A stretch of DNA of 63,698 nt, filler included, from Thraustochytrium aureum (lineage: Eukaryota), in assembly GCA_012862495.1 (NCBI GenBank). It is 5 parts of 4 records of this genome, joined end to end, with 100 filler letters (N's around TTAATTAATTAA, not from the genome) between each part and the next. Parts side by side here need not be neighbours in the genome. Positions count along the whole stretch, not along the records: positions 48,349 to 59,989 come from BLSG01000356.1; 4 more parts are not named here. One strand, written 5' to 3'. The notes below the pieces were generated by a model. The model saw nothing but the letters and a program-made list of their open reading frames with translations, searched no databases and had not been told where the DNA came from. Positions 48,398 through 57,353 of the stretch are shown here, piece by piece. A program made the translations under genes and the position numbers. Each line of letters begins with the position of its first letter. Within the stretch, counting starts at the first letter, position 1.

Positions 48398-48592
48398 CTT
48401 GCCCGCTCACTCGAACCCTTGCCGCAACCACGCTGCCGCCGCCACGCAGACCAACTGAACGGCGTTGCTCGCTCCTCCGCGTTCGGGGTCTGCTGCGTCC
48501 GGGTGTCTCGCCTCTGCTTTTTCGCCAACGATCGAGTGACTCCACTTTTTGCACACATTTCACAAGTGAGGTTGTGTTTCCTCCGTATTTTT
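48349..48592 (-). repeat. Left arm of a ~245-bp imperfect inverted repeat (partner 59596-59837)
   Basis: 48349-48446 is near-identical to the reverse complement of 59735-59837. Patchy homology continues to a perfect 19-mer (48549-48567 / 59625-59643). Confidence 0.9.
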
Positions 48593-49198
48593 CTCCTACG
48601 TGTGAACGACGCACGCGAGTTCTTTTTCATTGTTGTGAGATAGAAAGCTTGAACAACGCACGCGAGTCTGTTTTTTCGAAGAACGCAGACGAGTCAAGAT
48701 GCAGTGTGCACAAACGACCGAAGACTGGCTCGTGCGCAACACGCGAAATCAAACGCCTCACTCGCCATTCAGCTTGCCAGCTTGATGCCATGTGCAGAGC
48801 CAGCAAGGAGGATCCTCCTACCAGTGACTCAACAGCGCAGACGTGCGCCAGCCTCCGTTTCTTGTGTTGTTGACCTACCCTACGGTACCGGTAGGCCTGA
48901 TGCGCTGGTTTCAAAGGCCCTGGTGCGAGCATTCACGAAGGCTTTGTAGACATCTGTTCGTTGTTCTTTTCAGCCACGTGAAGCGCCGTGGCGTGTCTCG
49001 TCATACTCGGGCGAGCAAGTGACTTACCTCTAGAGGCTTTCAAAGAGTAGCAAGGTCCGCTGCCGGAGCAGCACTACAGCGATGGCAGGGCCGTCGATCG
49101 ATCCGGAGGTGCCGCGTGCCGAAGCGGAGGCTACGGGACGAAGCCGCCTTCTCGTTGATGGTTCGACTCGGAGTAAGAGTAAATGGCTCCCAGTGGAT

Positions 49199-50396
49199 TC
49201 ATGTCACGACAGCGAGAGGCGCCGCTCGCGCTGCGGACACGCCCTCGCGGCGTACCAGCCCGCGAAAGAGGAGCGAGGCAGGAAGACCACGCCAGCGACG
49301 CTCCAGCAGGCCGCTGTCGCTGGACTCGCTGTTTGTAGAGGCGCCTAACGCGGCTGAGCCGGTAGGCACGATGCGGACGCCTTCTCCCAGAGCACGCACA
49401 AATCCCCCTGGCCGGGAGCGGCATGTCGAACACGCGAAGGCGGGCGTGCGAGGCGCGCGGGGTAATCACGTCCACGGACGCGTCCGCCCCGCGTTGCGGG
49501 AGCGCTTCGTTGACTTCGTTGGGTCCCGTGTCGAGCACGACTGCGCCGGACCGCAAGACCAGCGGCCCCGTCCTGTAGGCGTTGACGAGCGGTTCTCGCG
49601 GCAGCAGGCGGGCAAAGGGCTCTGCTCCGGTGGCACCTTGCCATACGGTGTGCGGGAGGCGCACGTCGAGCGCAGCGTGTGCCAGCGTGTCGGGCGCGCG
49701 CGGAGCGACCATGCGACTCGCTAGACGGCCAGGCACGGCCTTCCCGGCTCCTCCGGGGGCGTTAGCAAACCCGAAAACGTCGCGCATGGTTGTCGCAGCG
49801 GGCGAGCTGGCAGTGAGAATGGCTAAACGCGGCAGACCGAGGGAGTCTGTGAAGCCGTCAACATCCGGGTTGCGCTGGGCGGCGAATCGCAATTCCCCCA
49901 TGACAAGAAGGGGGTTGTCGGAGGCGAGCACCGCCTCGATCGCGATTCTACCGTCGCTCAGCAGTGCCACGTCTAGCGTTGCTTCTTGGAAAAGCTGCTG
50001 CCTTGAGCGTGTGGCGTCCCTGAGCTGCGCGAAAACAGCGTCTGCGTCGAGGAGCGGGCCGGGCTGCGGGACTCGCAGCACGAGCGGCACGATCTGCGTG
50101 ATCGGCGGGGCCTCATTGCCCTCCACATAGAACAGAGCTTCGAGTTCCATGAGCACGTCCGTCGGTTCGCCGGTGAGAGTGCTTTGCGACGGTGCAAACA
50201 TCATTCGCGGCAGGTCCCAGTCGAGTAGCTCCAGCGCGAGGACCGTATCGCGCCTCCCGGGGTCAGTGATGTTACCCGAAGCGACGACATACTGCCCAGA
50301 GGCACCGGTTTGCAGAAGGACAGTGAACTCCTCCACGGCGTCTGGGCGCGCGGGGGCTTTAGCTGCCGTTGCACTCGATGCGGTTCGTGTCGACAT
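49199..50396 (-). CDS. Putative single jelly-roll penton/minor capsid protein (frameshift in GGGGG tract ~49406)
   Basis: Ordered motifs EFTVLLQT, DTVLALELLDWDLP, LRVPQPG..DADAVFAQL, MRDVFGF, MVAPRAPD, PFARL, RVFDMPL and, after the frameshift, WRGLPASLLFRGLV. These parallel the NCLDV/PLV penton pattern as recalled. Confidence 0.5.
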
Positions 50397-50516
50397 CGTG
50401 CAGTCGTTCAATCAAGAGCGCATGTGGCTGGTTTGCATGCGCTTCATCCGCGATTTTTTTCGCAAGACTGTCTGCACTGAGCAGGAACGCTCTACGGACA
50501 CACGTAACGAACACCC

Positions 50517-51446
50517 ATGGCAGGCTCGCAACAGCGCAGCGGGGGCAAGCATGCCAAACATGCTAAACACGTCGCCAGGCATGCTGCTAAGCACGTCGCC
50601 AAGAAAACAGGCGCGACGTCTGGAAACAAGCAACGCGCAAGGTCTCCTTCTGCATCTGCACATAGGCAGCGGCAACGGCGCGACCCGAGCATGGAGCTGA
50701 GCGACGAGGCGCTCCTGCGCGCCATCGCGAACGACGACGAGCTGATGCACGGCATCATGGGGCATCGATACGACATTATGCAGTACCGCAACTCGCACTC
50801 GTATCCACCCATTGACTTTGCGGACGACGACGACGATGACGACTACCATGTAGGCTCACACAGGCTGCATCCGTATGTCCACGAGTCGACGCATGTGCCA
50901 TCCACGCGCATGAACAAAGCGCTCCTTGTGATCATCTCGGAGCTACTCGGGCCGCTTGCCGTGGACCGGTTCGTCATGGGCGCCTGGCGCAGCGGCCTTG
51001 TCAAGCTCGCCCTGGCGGTCGCACCCATCGCGATGGTCATCAATGTGTACGTTGGTGACAAGGTGCTGGACGACTACAGCGACGCCTACCTTACGTCGAT
51101 GCTGATCCTTGGCGTGATCGCGGGCGCATGGGCGCTTGTGGACTGGGCCATCGTGCTGGTCAACGCGTTGAGCATGTCAGATTACACACCGATTACGTTC
51201 GGCCGGCAGCGCTTGTGGCGTACGCACGGTGAGGTGACGGCCGCGGCGGTGCTCGCTGCGGTGTTTCTCATCTGGCACCTGGTGTCGTTCTCGTGGGTGA
51301 ACCCGCTCGTGGATGAGTTGCGCGTCGGCAGAGACGAACCCACCAACCCGGTCGCGGACGGTCGGGAGGCGATGACTGGGGGTGGCGGTTGGAGAGCAAA
51401 GGCCAGGAGCGTCGCGCGCACCTATCGCCGGGTGCTGAAGCTCTGA
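50517..51446 (+). CDS. TM2-domain membrane protein (paralog A) with basic/acidic N-terminal extension
   Basis: NKALLVIISELLGPLAVDRFVMGAWRSGLVKL...GAWALVDW matches the TM2 consensus (K..A.LL..FLG..G.DRFYLG....G.LKL...W.L.D). Confidence 0.7.
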   Translation: MAGSQQRSGGKHAKHAKHVARHAAKHVAKKTGATSGNKQRARSPSASAHRQRQRRDPSMELSDEALLRAIANDDELMHGIMGHRYDIMQYRNSHSYPPIDFADDDDDDDYHVGSHRLHPYVHESTHVPSTRMNKALLVIISELLGPLAVDRFVMGAWRSGLVKLALAVAPIAMVINVYVGDKVLDDYSDAYLTSMLILGVIAGAWALVDWAIVLVNALSMSDYTPITFGRQRLWRTHGEVTAAAVLAAVFLIWHLVSFSWVNPLVDELRVGRDEPTNPVADGREAMTGGGGWRAKARSVARTYRRVLKL

Positions 51447-51510
51447 GGTTGCCCTGCCCCAGTGGGATGATGAGCGCTCGAGCGAAGCGAAAAATACCGG
51501 CACGAGTACG

Positions 51511-52050
51511 ATGGCGGGCGGTGTAAACATGTGCCCAGAAGCGGGGAGGGGTCAAAGCGGTCGGGAATTGGGCAGAGTAAGGCGTTTGCTGTCGCTCAAG
51601 CGAGTTAGGGGCCGGTCGCGCGTTTCTTCCGAGGTCCGCAGGCTTCGGGCAGCGCTGTCCGAGGCGCGAGCGACGAACGTGCGGCTCGGACATGACGTCT
51701 CCGCGCACGACTCGCGACAGACCACCCGTAGTGCCCTGGTCGCGACCGAGGCTGGGCAGGCGCTTCGGTCGCGCACGGTCCGTCGACTGGAGAGCGACCT
51801 GCGCACGCTGCACGTCAACTTTGCGCGCGTCTCGCGGGACAAGGACGATGCGATCGCTTACTGGCGCTCGCGCGCAAACCGCGCGGAACAGGCGCTTCGG
51901 TTCATGTGGGACGCTGCGCGAGCGATGGTGAACGAGTCGCGCGAGATGAGCGCCGCGGGCCTTCCGCCTCCGCGGATGCCGGACAGCGACTGGTCTGACG
52001 CGCCAGACGATGGCGACAATAGCGATGACTGCACGCTAACGAACACCTGA
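51511..52050 (+). CDS. Hypothetical coiled-coil protein (179 aa)
   Basis: Clean ATG-TGA ORF filling the space between neighbours; heptad-like R/A/L-rich centre and acidic tail. Confidence 0.55.
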   Translation: MAGGVNMCPEAGRGQSGRELGRVRRLLSLKRVRGRSRVSSEVRRLRAALSEARATNVRLGHDVSAHDSRQTTRSALVATEAGQALRSRTVRRLESDLRTLHVNFARVSRDKDDAIAYWRSRANRAEQALRFMWDAARAMVNESREMSAAGLPPPRMPDSDWSDAPDDGDNSDDCTLTNT

Positions 52051-52121
52051 ATAAAAATCTAGCAAGACCTGCGGTAGGAAAACAAGCGGCCGAGGGGCTC
52101 TGCTGCGGAAAACAGAACGAA

Positions 52122-52457
52122 ATGGCGGAAGTGGCGTCGAGTGAAGAGGTTCGCACTGAGCCGGTCGCGCCGGCCTACCTTGCGCGGGCATTGCGACCGG
52201 TCCATGTAGCTCCCGTGACTGCTGGCATCCTAAAGCTGATTTTCGTGATGATGCTGTTGACTGGGTTGTGGACGTCGCACCAGGCCGCGGTTCGCGTGCG
52301 AGAATCCGCCGCGCCAGCGCGTGACCTCTTGCGCACCGTAGGCGTGCATCGGCTACCGACCGAAAGAGTGTCGATCGGCTTTCACATCCTCGCTGCGCTC
52401 GTGTTCTTCATCCCGGGGCCTTTTGTGTACAATGAGCTGCATGCGCACTGGTCGTGA
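52122..52457 (+). CDS. Small two-TM hypothetical membrane protein (111 aa)
   Basis: ATG after an A-rich leader; two hydrophobic segments (ILKLIFVMMLLTGLW; IGFHILAALVFFIPGPFVY). Confidence 0.6.
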   Translation: MAEVASSEEVRTEPVAPAYLARALRPVHVAPVTAGILKLIFVMMLLTGLWTSHQAAVRVRESAAPARDLLRTVGVHRLPTERVSIGFHILAALVFFIPGPFVYNELHAHWS

Positions 52458-52986
52458 AAACCTTTGAACGAAACCAAACAAAAGCTGCATTGGAACGAGA
52501 AAGTCTACGCTAAACCAAAAATGTTGCACTAAAACGAAAAAAGATTGCGCTCAACCCAAAAGTTGCTCGTCCATCGCCGAACAAGAGCGGTCAGGTCGTG
52601 CCGGCCGANNNNNNNNNNNNNNNNNNNNNNNNNNNNNNNNNNNNNNNNNNNNNNNNNNNNNNNNNNNNNNNNNNNNNNNNNNNNNNNNNNNNNNNNNNNN
52701 NNNNNNNNNNNNNNNNNNNNNCTGGGGCGGCGGTTGCTCACCACCCACCGCCATACCATGCCACCACCCAACAACCACACGATCAACTCGCCCCACCTTC
52801 CGGCACCACATGACTGTCCGGCAGAAATCAAACTTGATAGGCAGAAAAGGTGACGCCAACCGGGGTCCATCGCCGTGGACCCACAGACTGGCTTCGCATT
52901 GTGAACAAAACGAACAAAGAACAAAACGAACATCGCCAGCTTTTTTCTTCCCAGAAGGCTGAGAGCGTCATTGTTAGATTGCCAAC

Positions 52987-53820
52987 ATGGACCTCGCGCG
53001 CGCGGGCGGTAACGCCCCTGGTCAGAACAGCGATGTGGGTGGCGAGAACGGTGCGTCGCGGGGCGCACTCACTTCTGGTGGAAAGACCGTAATCGTTGTC
53101 GCGTCCGTTGCGGTGGCCATTGTGGCGCTGTCTGTACTGGCTGCCGATTCGCGTGACCGTACGAATTTGCTGAGAGAGCGAGTAATGAGAACTGCGTTGG
53201 CAAGGAGATACAATGAGAAGCTTATGGACGATTCGGAATATTTTACGTCGGAGGCCGAAGAGAAAGTGACGCAAGCACTTGAAGAAGAAGAAAGTCGAAT
53301 AAAGGGATTGATCGCTGAAGGAAAAGCGATAGAAGCAGCGCTATTCTACGCGTATAAAGAAGCCCTGCTTCGTTACATTAGGGGATCCCATGATTTATTG
53401 TACATGCGAAGAAAGGCCGAATTGGCAACACAAGCAATTGAACGTGTGAAACTGGAGGACGGTACCATTCTTTCACTACCAAAGCCCACATCCCCGAGAG
53501 CGATAAAAACCAGACTATCCGCGATGAAAAGGTGGGAGAAATCGCTTAGAGACAAAGGTGTCTATGTCCCAGATCACAGAGATGTTGCACGCAATCTTGC
53601 AAATCAACGTTCTGAAGAGCCTTCGTATCTATTGAACATGAATGCAAGAGAACGATCACCGGCTGAGTTAATCAACAATTACAACGTCGTGGTTGAAGTA
53701 GGAAAGCCTGTAGGAAATGCGTTAATGAAGGCCCTTTTCCCGAACGGAATGAGTGCCTTTCGAGAAATCGATCCCGAAACGGGTAAACCGATGAACGAGC
53801 CAATCGGCGACGACGAGTAG
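52987..53820 (+). CDS. Hypothetical single-TM helical protein, AT-rich (277 aa)
   Basis: TM segment TVIVVASVAVAIVALSVLAA followed by a long ORF in AT-rich DNA, where long ORFs are unlikely by chance. Confidence 0.7.
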   Translation: MDLARAGGNAPGQNSDVGGENGASRGALTSGGKTVIVVASVAVAIVALSVLAADSRDRTNLLRERVMRTALARRYNEKLMDDSEYFTSEAEEKVTQALEEEESRIKGLIAEGKAIEAALFYAYKEALLRYIRGSHDLLYMRRKAELATQAIERVKLEDGTILSLPKPTSPRAIKTRLSAMKRWEKSLRDKGVYVPDHRDVARNLANQRSEEPSYLLNMNARERSPAELINNYNVVVEVGKPVGNALMKALFPNGMSAFREIDPETGKPMNEPIGDDE

Positions 53821-54483
53821 AGCAACGGTCACGGCACCAGCCGCCAGCGCCCCGATGATCCTGCCGGCGATCTCGGCGTCGGTGGGCGTTAGAATGGCCG
53901 CGTTAAGCTCTCTCCCCGTTCGAAGCATTTCAAACACTTCATCAGGGTTAGTGGTCCGCACGTACGCAATGCTATTGTGCGTGCTGGGCTTGACCACGAA
54001 CCGGTCGACGACCTCACTTGGGAGGCGAGTAGCGAGGTCCGCATGCACCTGTTCAATGACTCTGAACGCGCCGCTCGTCGCGCGGGCGCTGCCACCGACG
54101 TTGTGCGCGCTCTCGCGGTGGTAGACCGTCACGCTCTCGCCTTTCAGCAGCAGCGGCTCGGCCGCGCGCGCGAGCTCCAGCATGCACTCGCGGAGCGTTC
54201 CGAACTGCATACCGTGGTCTACGACCACCTCGCCGTGCGACAGCGAGTACCGCACGTCGAAGGCGCGAACGCCGAGCGCAAGCTGCTCCGCCACGTCGAC
54301 CTCCTGCGTCACTGCAAAGTCCCTGCCAATGGAGCGGCCCTCTGCGGTGCCGTTGACGATCGGGGCGGCTGCACGATCGGGGATCAGCGACCCGCGTTTG
54401 CGGTAGCTGAAGCTGTGGTGCGTGCCGGCGACGCCCCCTGCCTCGCGGATGCGCTGCACGACGGCCTCGCTGGGCACGTCCAT
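53722..54483 (-). CDS. PI-PLC X-domain (PLCXD-like) phosphodiesterase with C-terminal TM anchor
   Basis: GTHHS, TQEVDVAEQLALGVRAFDVR and DHG motifs; C-terminal helix IIGALAAGAVTVALLVVADWLV. Confidence 0.7.
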   Translation of the reverse strand: MDVPSEAVVQRIREAGGVAGTHHSFSYRKRGSLIPDRAAAPIVNGTAEGRSIGRDFAVTQEVDVAEQLALGVRAFDVRYSLSHGEVVVDHGMQFGTLRECMLELARAAEPLLLKGESVTVYHRESAHNVGGSARATSGAFRVIEQVHADLATRLPSEVVDRFVVKPSTHNSIAYVRTTNPDEVFEMLRTGRELNAAILTPTDAEIAGRIIGALAAGAVTVALLVVADWLVHRFTRFGIDFSKGTHSVREKGLH

Positions 54484-54558
54484 GAAGAACACTCGCCCGG
54501 CGAGATCGCCGGGTGCAGTGCCGCGTAGAAAGCAAGCAGGTCTGCTTGGAAGGCGCGG

Positions 54559-54945
54559 TTGAGACGCAGCACCGAGCCGGCCCGGTTCATTGCAACGAAC
54601 CAAGCCGTGCCTGNNNNNNNNNNNNNNNNNNNNNNNNNNNNNNNNNNNNNNNNNNNNNNNNNNNNNNNNNNNNNNNNNNNNNNNNNNNNNNNNNNNNNNN
54701 NNNNNNNNNNNNNNNNNNNNNNNNNNNNNNNNNNNNNNNNNNNNNNNNNNNNNNNNNNNNNNNNNNNNNNNNNNNNNNNNNNNNNAAAGGTTGCGATCAA
54801 CGAAGCCAGAACTGCAACGCGAACCCGTCGAGCGCGCCTTGCCCATATCGCCACGGCCCCCGACACAGCCGCGACGACCGTGCTTGCGACGGGGAACTCG
54901 CCCTTCGAATTGCGCATGATTCCCAAGAGCGCTGGCTTCGATTAA
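54559..54945 (+). CDS. Probable small hypothetical protein interrupted by a gap
   Basis: Open frame on both sides of the gap; its TAA overlaps the stop of the opposite gene in a TTAA. Confidence 0.3.
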   Translation: MRRSTEPARFIATNQAVPXXXXXXXXXXXXXXXXXXXXXXXXXXXXXXXXXXXXXXXXXXXXXXXXXXXXXXXXXXKVAINEARTATRTRRARLAHIATAPDTAATTVLATGNSPFELRMIPKSAGFD

Positions 54946-55145
54946 AAAATGATGTTGAGCCAAAAGTTCTTTGCCCTGTCCACGCAGTTCATGCGCATGA
55001 GCTGGTCAACCTTGCTTTTCCCAGGGTACTTTTCTGCGCACTTGCGCTCAGCGTTCTTCGAAACCCAATTGTAGATCATGAAAGAGATGATCGTCAACAG
55101 CACCGCCCCAGCTGCAAGAATGGCGATGTACGTCGTTGTTTCCAT
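54942..55145 (-). CDS. Small single-TM hypothetical protein (67 aa)
   Basis: METTTYIAILAAGAVLLTIISFMIYNW TM segment followed by a basic tail with two Cys. Confidence 0.65.
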   Translation of the reverse strand: METTTYIAILAAGAVLLTIISFMIYNWVSKNAERKCAEKYPGKSKVDQLMRMNCVDRAKNFWLNIIF

Positions 55146-55259
55146 GTTGCGCAGGACTTACTAAACGCTGTGGAGATCACGTTCTATGGTGAGCAAGCAC
55201 TCTCGTGAACACATTTGTAAGAAAAAAAAACATCGCGTTCTGTTGTAATTCATGCATTT

Positions 55260-55853
55260 CTACTGCCCGGTGTACCGCAAACGCAGCCTGCGAAAGGTCC
55301 GGCGCACGCGCGCGACGGCCCCCGCGAAGTTGTTGACAGGCTTGCTCTCGTCCACTCCGGTCGTGTCCACGAGCGCGAGCGCGAGCGCCAGGCCAAGCGC
55401 GAAAATGACGCCGAGGGTCGACACGAAGAACGCCTCGATCACCTCGCCCCGTGAGCGCCAGGCATGCGTGGGACCGTAAGTGGGTGGCGTGTAGGCTGAG
55501 AAGAATAGCGCGTTGACGGTAACAACCAACCAGTCGATCAGGTACCATGTCGCCGTTGCCGCGAAGAGTGCCAGCGCGGCAGAGCGCGCCGCGGCGCTCT
55601 GCATGTGTTCATCGGTGGCCCCAACAAGCACGCCAATGGTGGCTATTCCCATGAGGGTCTTGAGCACGCCGGACCCGACAGCGCCCATGAGCACGCGGTC
55701 CATGCCGAGCAGCCACATTGCGTTGGTGGCCGCTAGAACGGGCTTGGACACGTGCGCATTGGGCGTGCGGTACGCCTGGTTAAAGGCGTGCTCGCGAATC
55801 GCCGCGCTCGACGCATGGATGGGTGTGGAATGACGCGTAACGCGAACGGGCAT
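55260..55853 (-). CDS. TM2-domain membrane protein (paralog B)
   Basis: SKPVLAA...LLGMDRVLMGAVGSGVLK...WYLIDWLVVTVNALFFSAYTPPTYG...WRSRGEV aligns with paralog A. Confidence 0.7.
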   Translation of the reverse strand: MPVRVTRHSTPIHASSAAIREHAFNQAYRTPNAHVSKPVLAATNAMWLLGMDRVLMGAVGSGVLKTLMGIATIGVLVGATDEHMQSAAARSAALALFAATATWYLIDWLVVTVNALFFSAYTPPTYGPTHAWRSRGEVIEAFFVSTLGVIFALGLALALALVDTTGVDESKPVNNFAGAVARVRRTFRRLRLRYTGQ

Positions 55854-55993
55854 GGTCAATGAAGTTATAGCTTTTCCTTTTTTTTTCGAACGCGTTCGCC
55901 TGGCAAGCGCCGGCTTGTTTAGACGTAGAGCCTGCAACAGAAAAAAACCAACAAATCTAGGGGCGCGTCGTTACAACAAGTCACGACGTCACG

Positions 55994-56540
55994 ATGGAAA
56001 GGTGGCATGCGTTACTGTTCGTTACTGCGAGTATACTTACCGCATTAATCGTAGCAATTTTACTGGATGTCCCCGCTCTGCGCAATAATTTGACAACAAT
56101 CGAGTTTGGCGTGGCTATCGCTGCTATCATCATGGTACTCAGTGCAGTGTCCGGGTATATCATCTACCGTGTAGATCCAAAGATTAAGGTCCCCCAAGCG
56201 CGATCTTTCACTGAAGTGCCTGCAATTGTGTTGCAACCAAATAAACTTGCCCAAGCGTTCAAGGATGCAATGAATAATGCTGAATGGCACCTAAATCAAG
56301 ATGATGACGGACCCAAAAAACGTCTGGAAGCATATTTTGATAAACTATCGCACATTGCATCATCAACGCAGGAGGTAAGGAACAGATCAGTAGTAGGAAG
56401 TCCACCACGGATACTCTTTCCCCTAAATGAAAGGTCTGACGCGATTGAGCACTTCTTGTTGCGACACGCACGTGGAATCGCAGATGCCTTAGCAGAAGCA
56501 CATGAAACGACCGGTGCACGTTTACGATTTACTCAAATTA
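55994..56540 (+). CDS. Two-TM hypothetical protein, AT-rich, 3' end in gap
   Basis: ATG 55994; two hydrophobic helices then a soluble domain; open frame for 182 codons in AT-rich DNA. Confidence 0.7.
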
Positions 56541-57353
56541 NNNNNNNNNNNNNNNNNNNNNNNNNNNNNNNNNNNNNNNNNNNNNNNNNNNNNNNNNNNN
56601 NNNNNNNNNNNNNNNNNNNNNNNNNNNNNNNNNNNNNNNNNNNNNNNNNNNNNNNNNNNNNNNNNNNNNNNNNNNNNNNNNNNNNNNNNNNNNNNNNNNN
56701 NNNNNNNNNNNNNNNNNNNNNNNNNNNNNNNNNNNNNNNNNNNNNNNNNNNNNNNNNNNNNNNNNNNNNNNNNNNNNNNNNNNNNNNNNNNNNNNNNNNN
56801 NNNNATTCGTTCAAGTAGATGCGCGCGGCCTGCACGAGCTGCGCCGCGAGAGCCCCTTGAAAAAACGCCATCCCTGCCCTTTCTGCCTCGGCCTATTTCG
56901 CCACCTCACCTCCTCGAACCAGGCGGCTGGCGATCGCGCAACGCTGTGGCTTTGGGCTCTGCAAGCGGAAGCCAGCCGGCCCATGGCTGCCAGCCGACCG
57001 CTGCCTGCTCGTTGACCGCACTTGACGCACGCGCCACCGCTTGCCTCCTCCATCCTCCATCCTATCGCAACCGCGTACCTGCGATACGATTGTGCACATG
57101 ACTATTTAAACCAACCCAGCACCGAAATGGTCCGTCTGCCCTCGTCTCGATCGCGCGCGTCCAACGAGGAGGTAGTGTTGAACGAGTCGGTTTGCTGCAT
57201 CAGCGCATTGGCGAGCGCAAAGTTCTGCGCACGCTTGCGCGCAGGCTGCAAACCCCCAACGCTGGTTGACCGAACGCTTTTCCCGACTCGGCACACGAGC
57301 GGTACATCGGCAGACTTGCAGGACACGAGAGGACAGGGGCGCCGAACGCAACG

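Larger units (their letters stand above)
49199..56540. mobile_element. Putative endogenous DNA-virus segment (Nucleocytoviricota/Polinton-like-virus type)
   Basis: About 10 tightly packed intronless ORFs, A-tract intergenics, overlapping stops and abrupt GC shifts. Includes a penton-like ORF, many small membrane orphans and no housekeeping genes. Confidence 0.55.

Noticed and set aside
48874..49036. Small palindromes (cctacggtaccggtagg; cctctagagg) as element ends or hairpin terminators
   Set aside because: Short and imperfect, with no counterpart at the other side of the island.
50491..55959. TCTA late-promoter motif (CroV/mavirus-like) upstream of island genes
   Set aside because: Present near some starts (50491, 52058, 55956) but absent from others and at variable distance; a 4-mer is too weak to support.
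49199..56540. Assigning the island to mirusviruses or to a complete Polinton/virophage
   Set aside because: No HK97 or double jelly-roll major capsid, pPolB, integrase, packaging ATPase or protease is recognisable, so only a generic viral-segment call is supportable.
56805..56871. Possible gene start MAFFQGALAAQLVQAARIYLNE on the minus strand
   Set aside because: Only 22 codons before a gap; cannot be supported.
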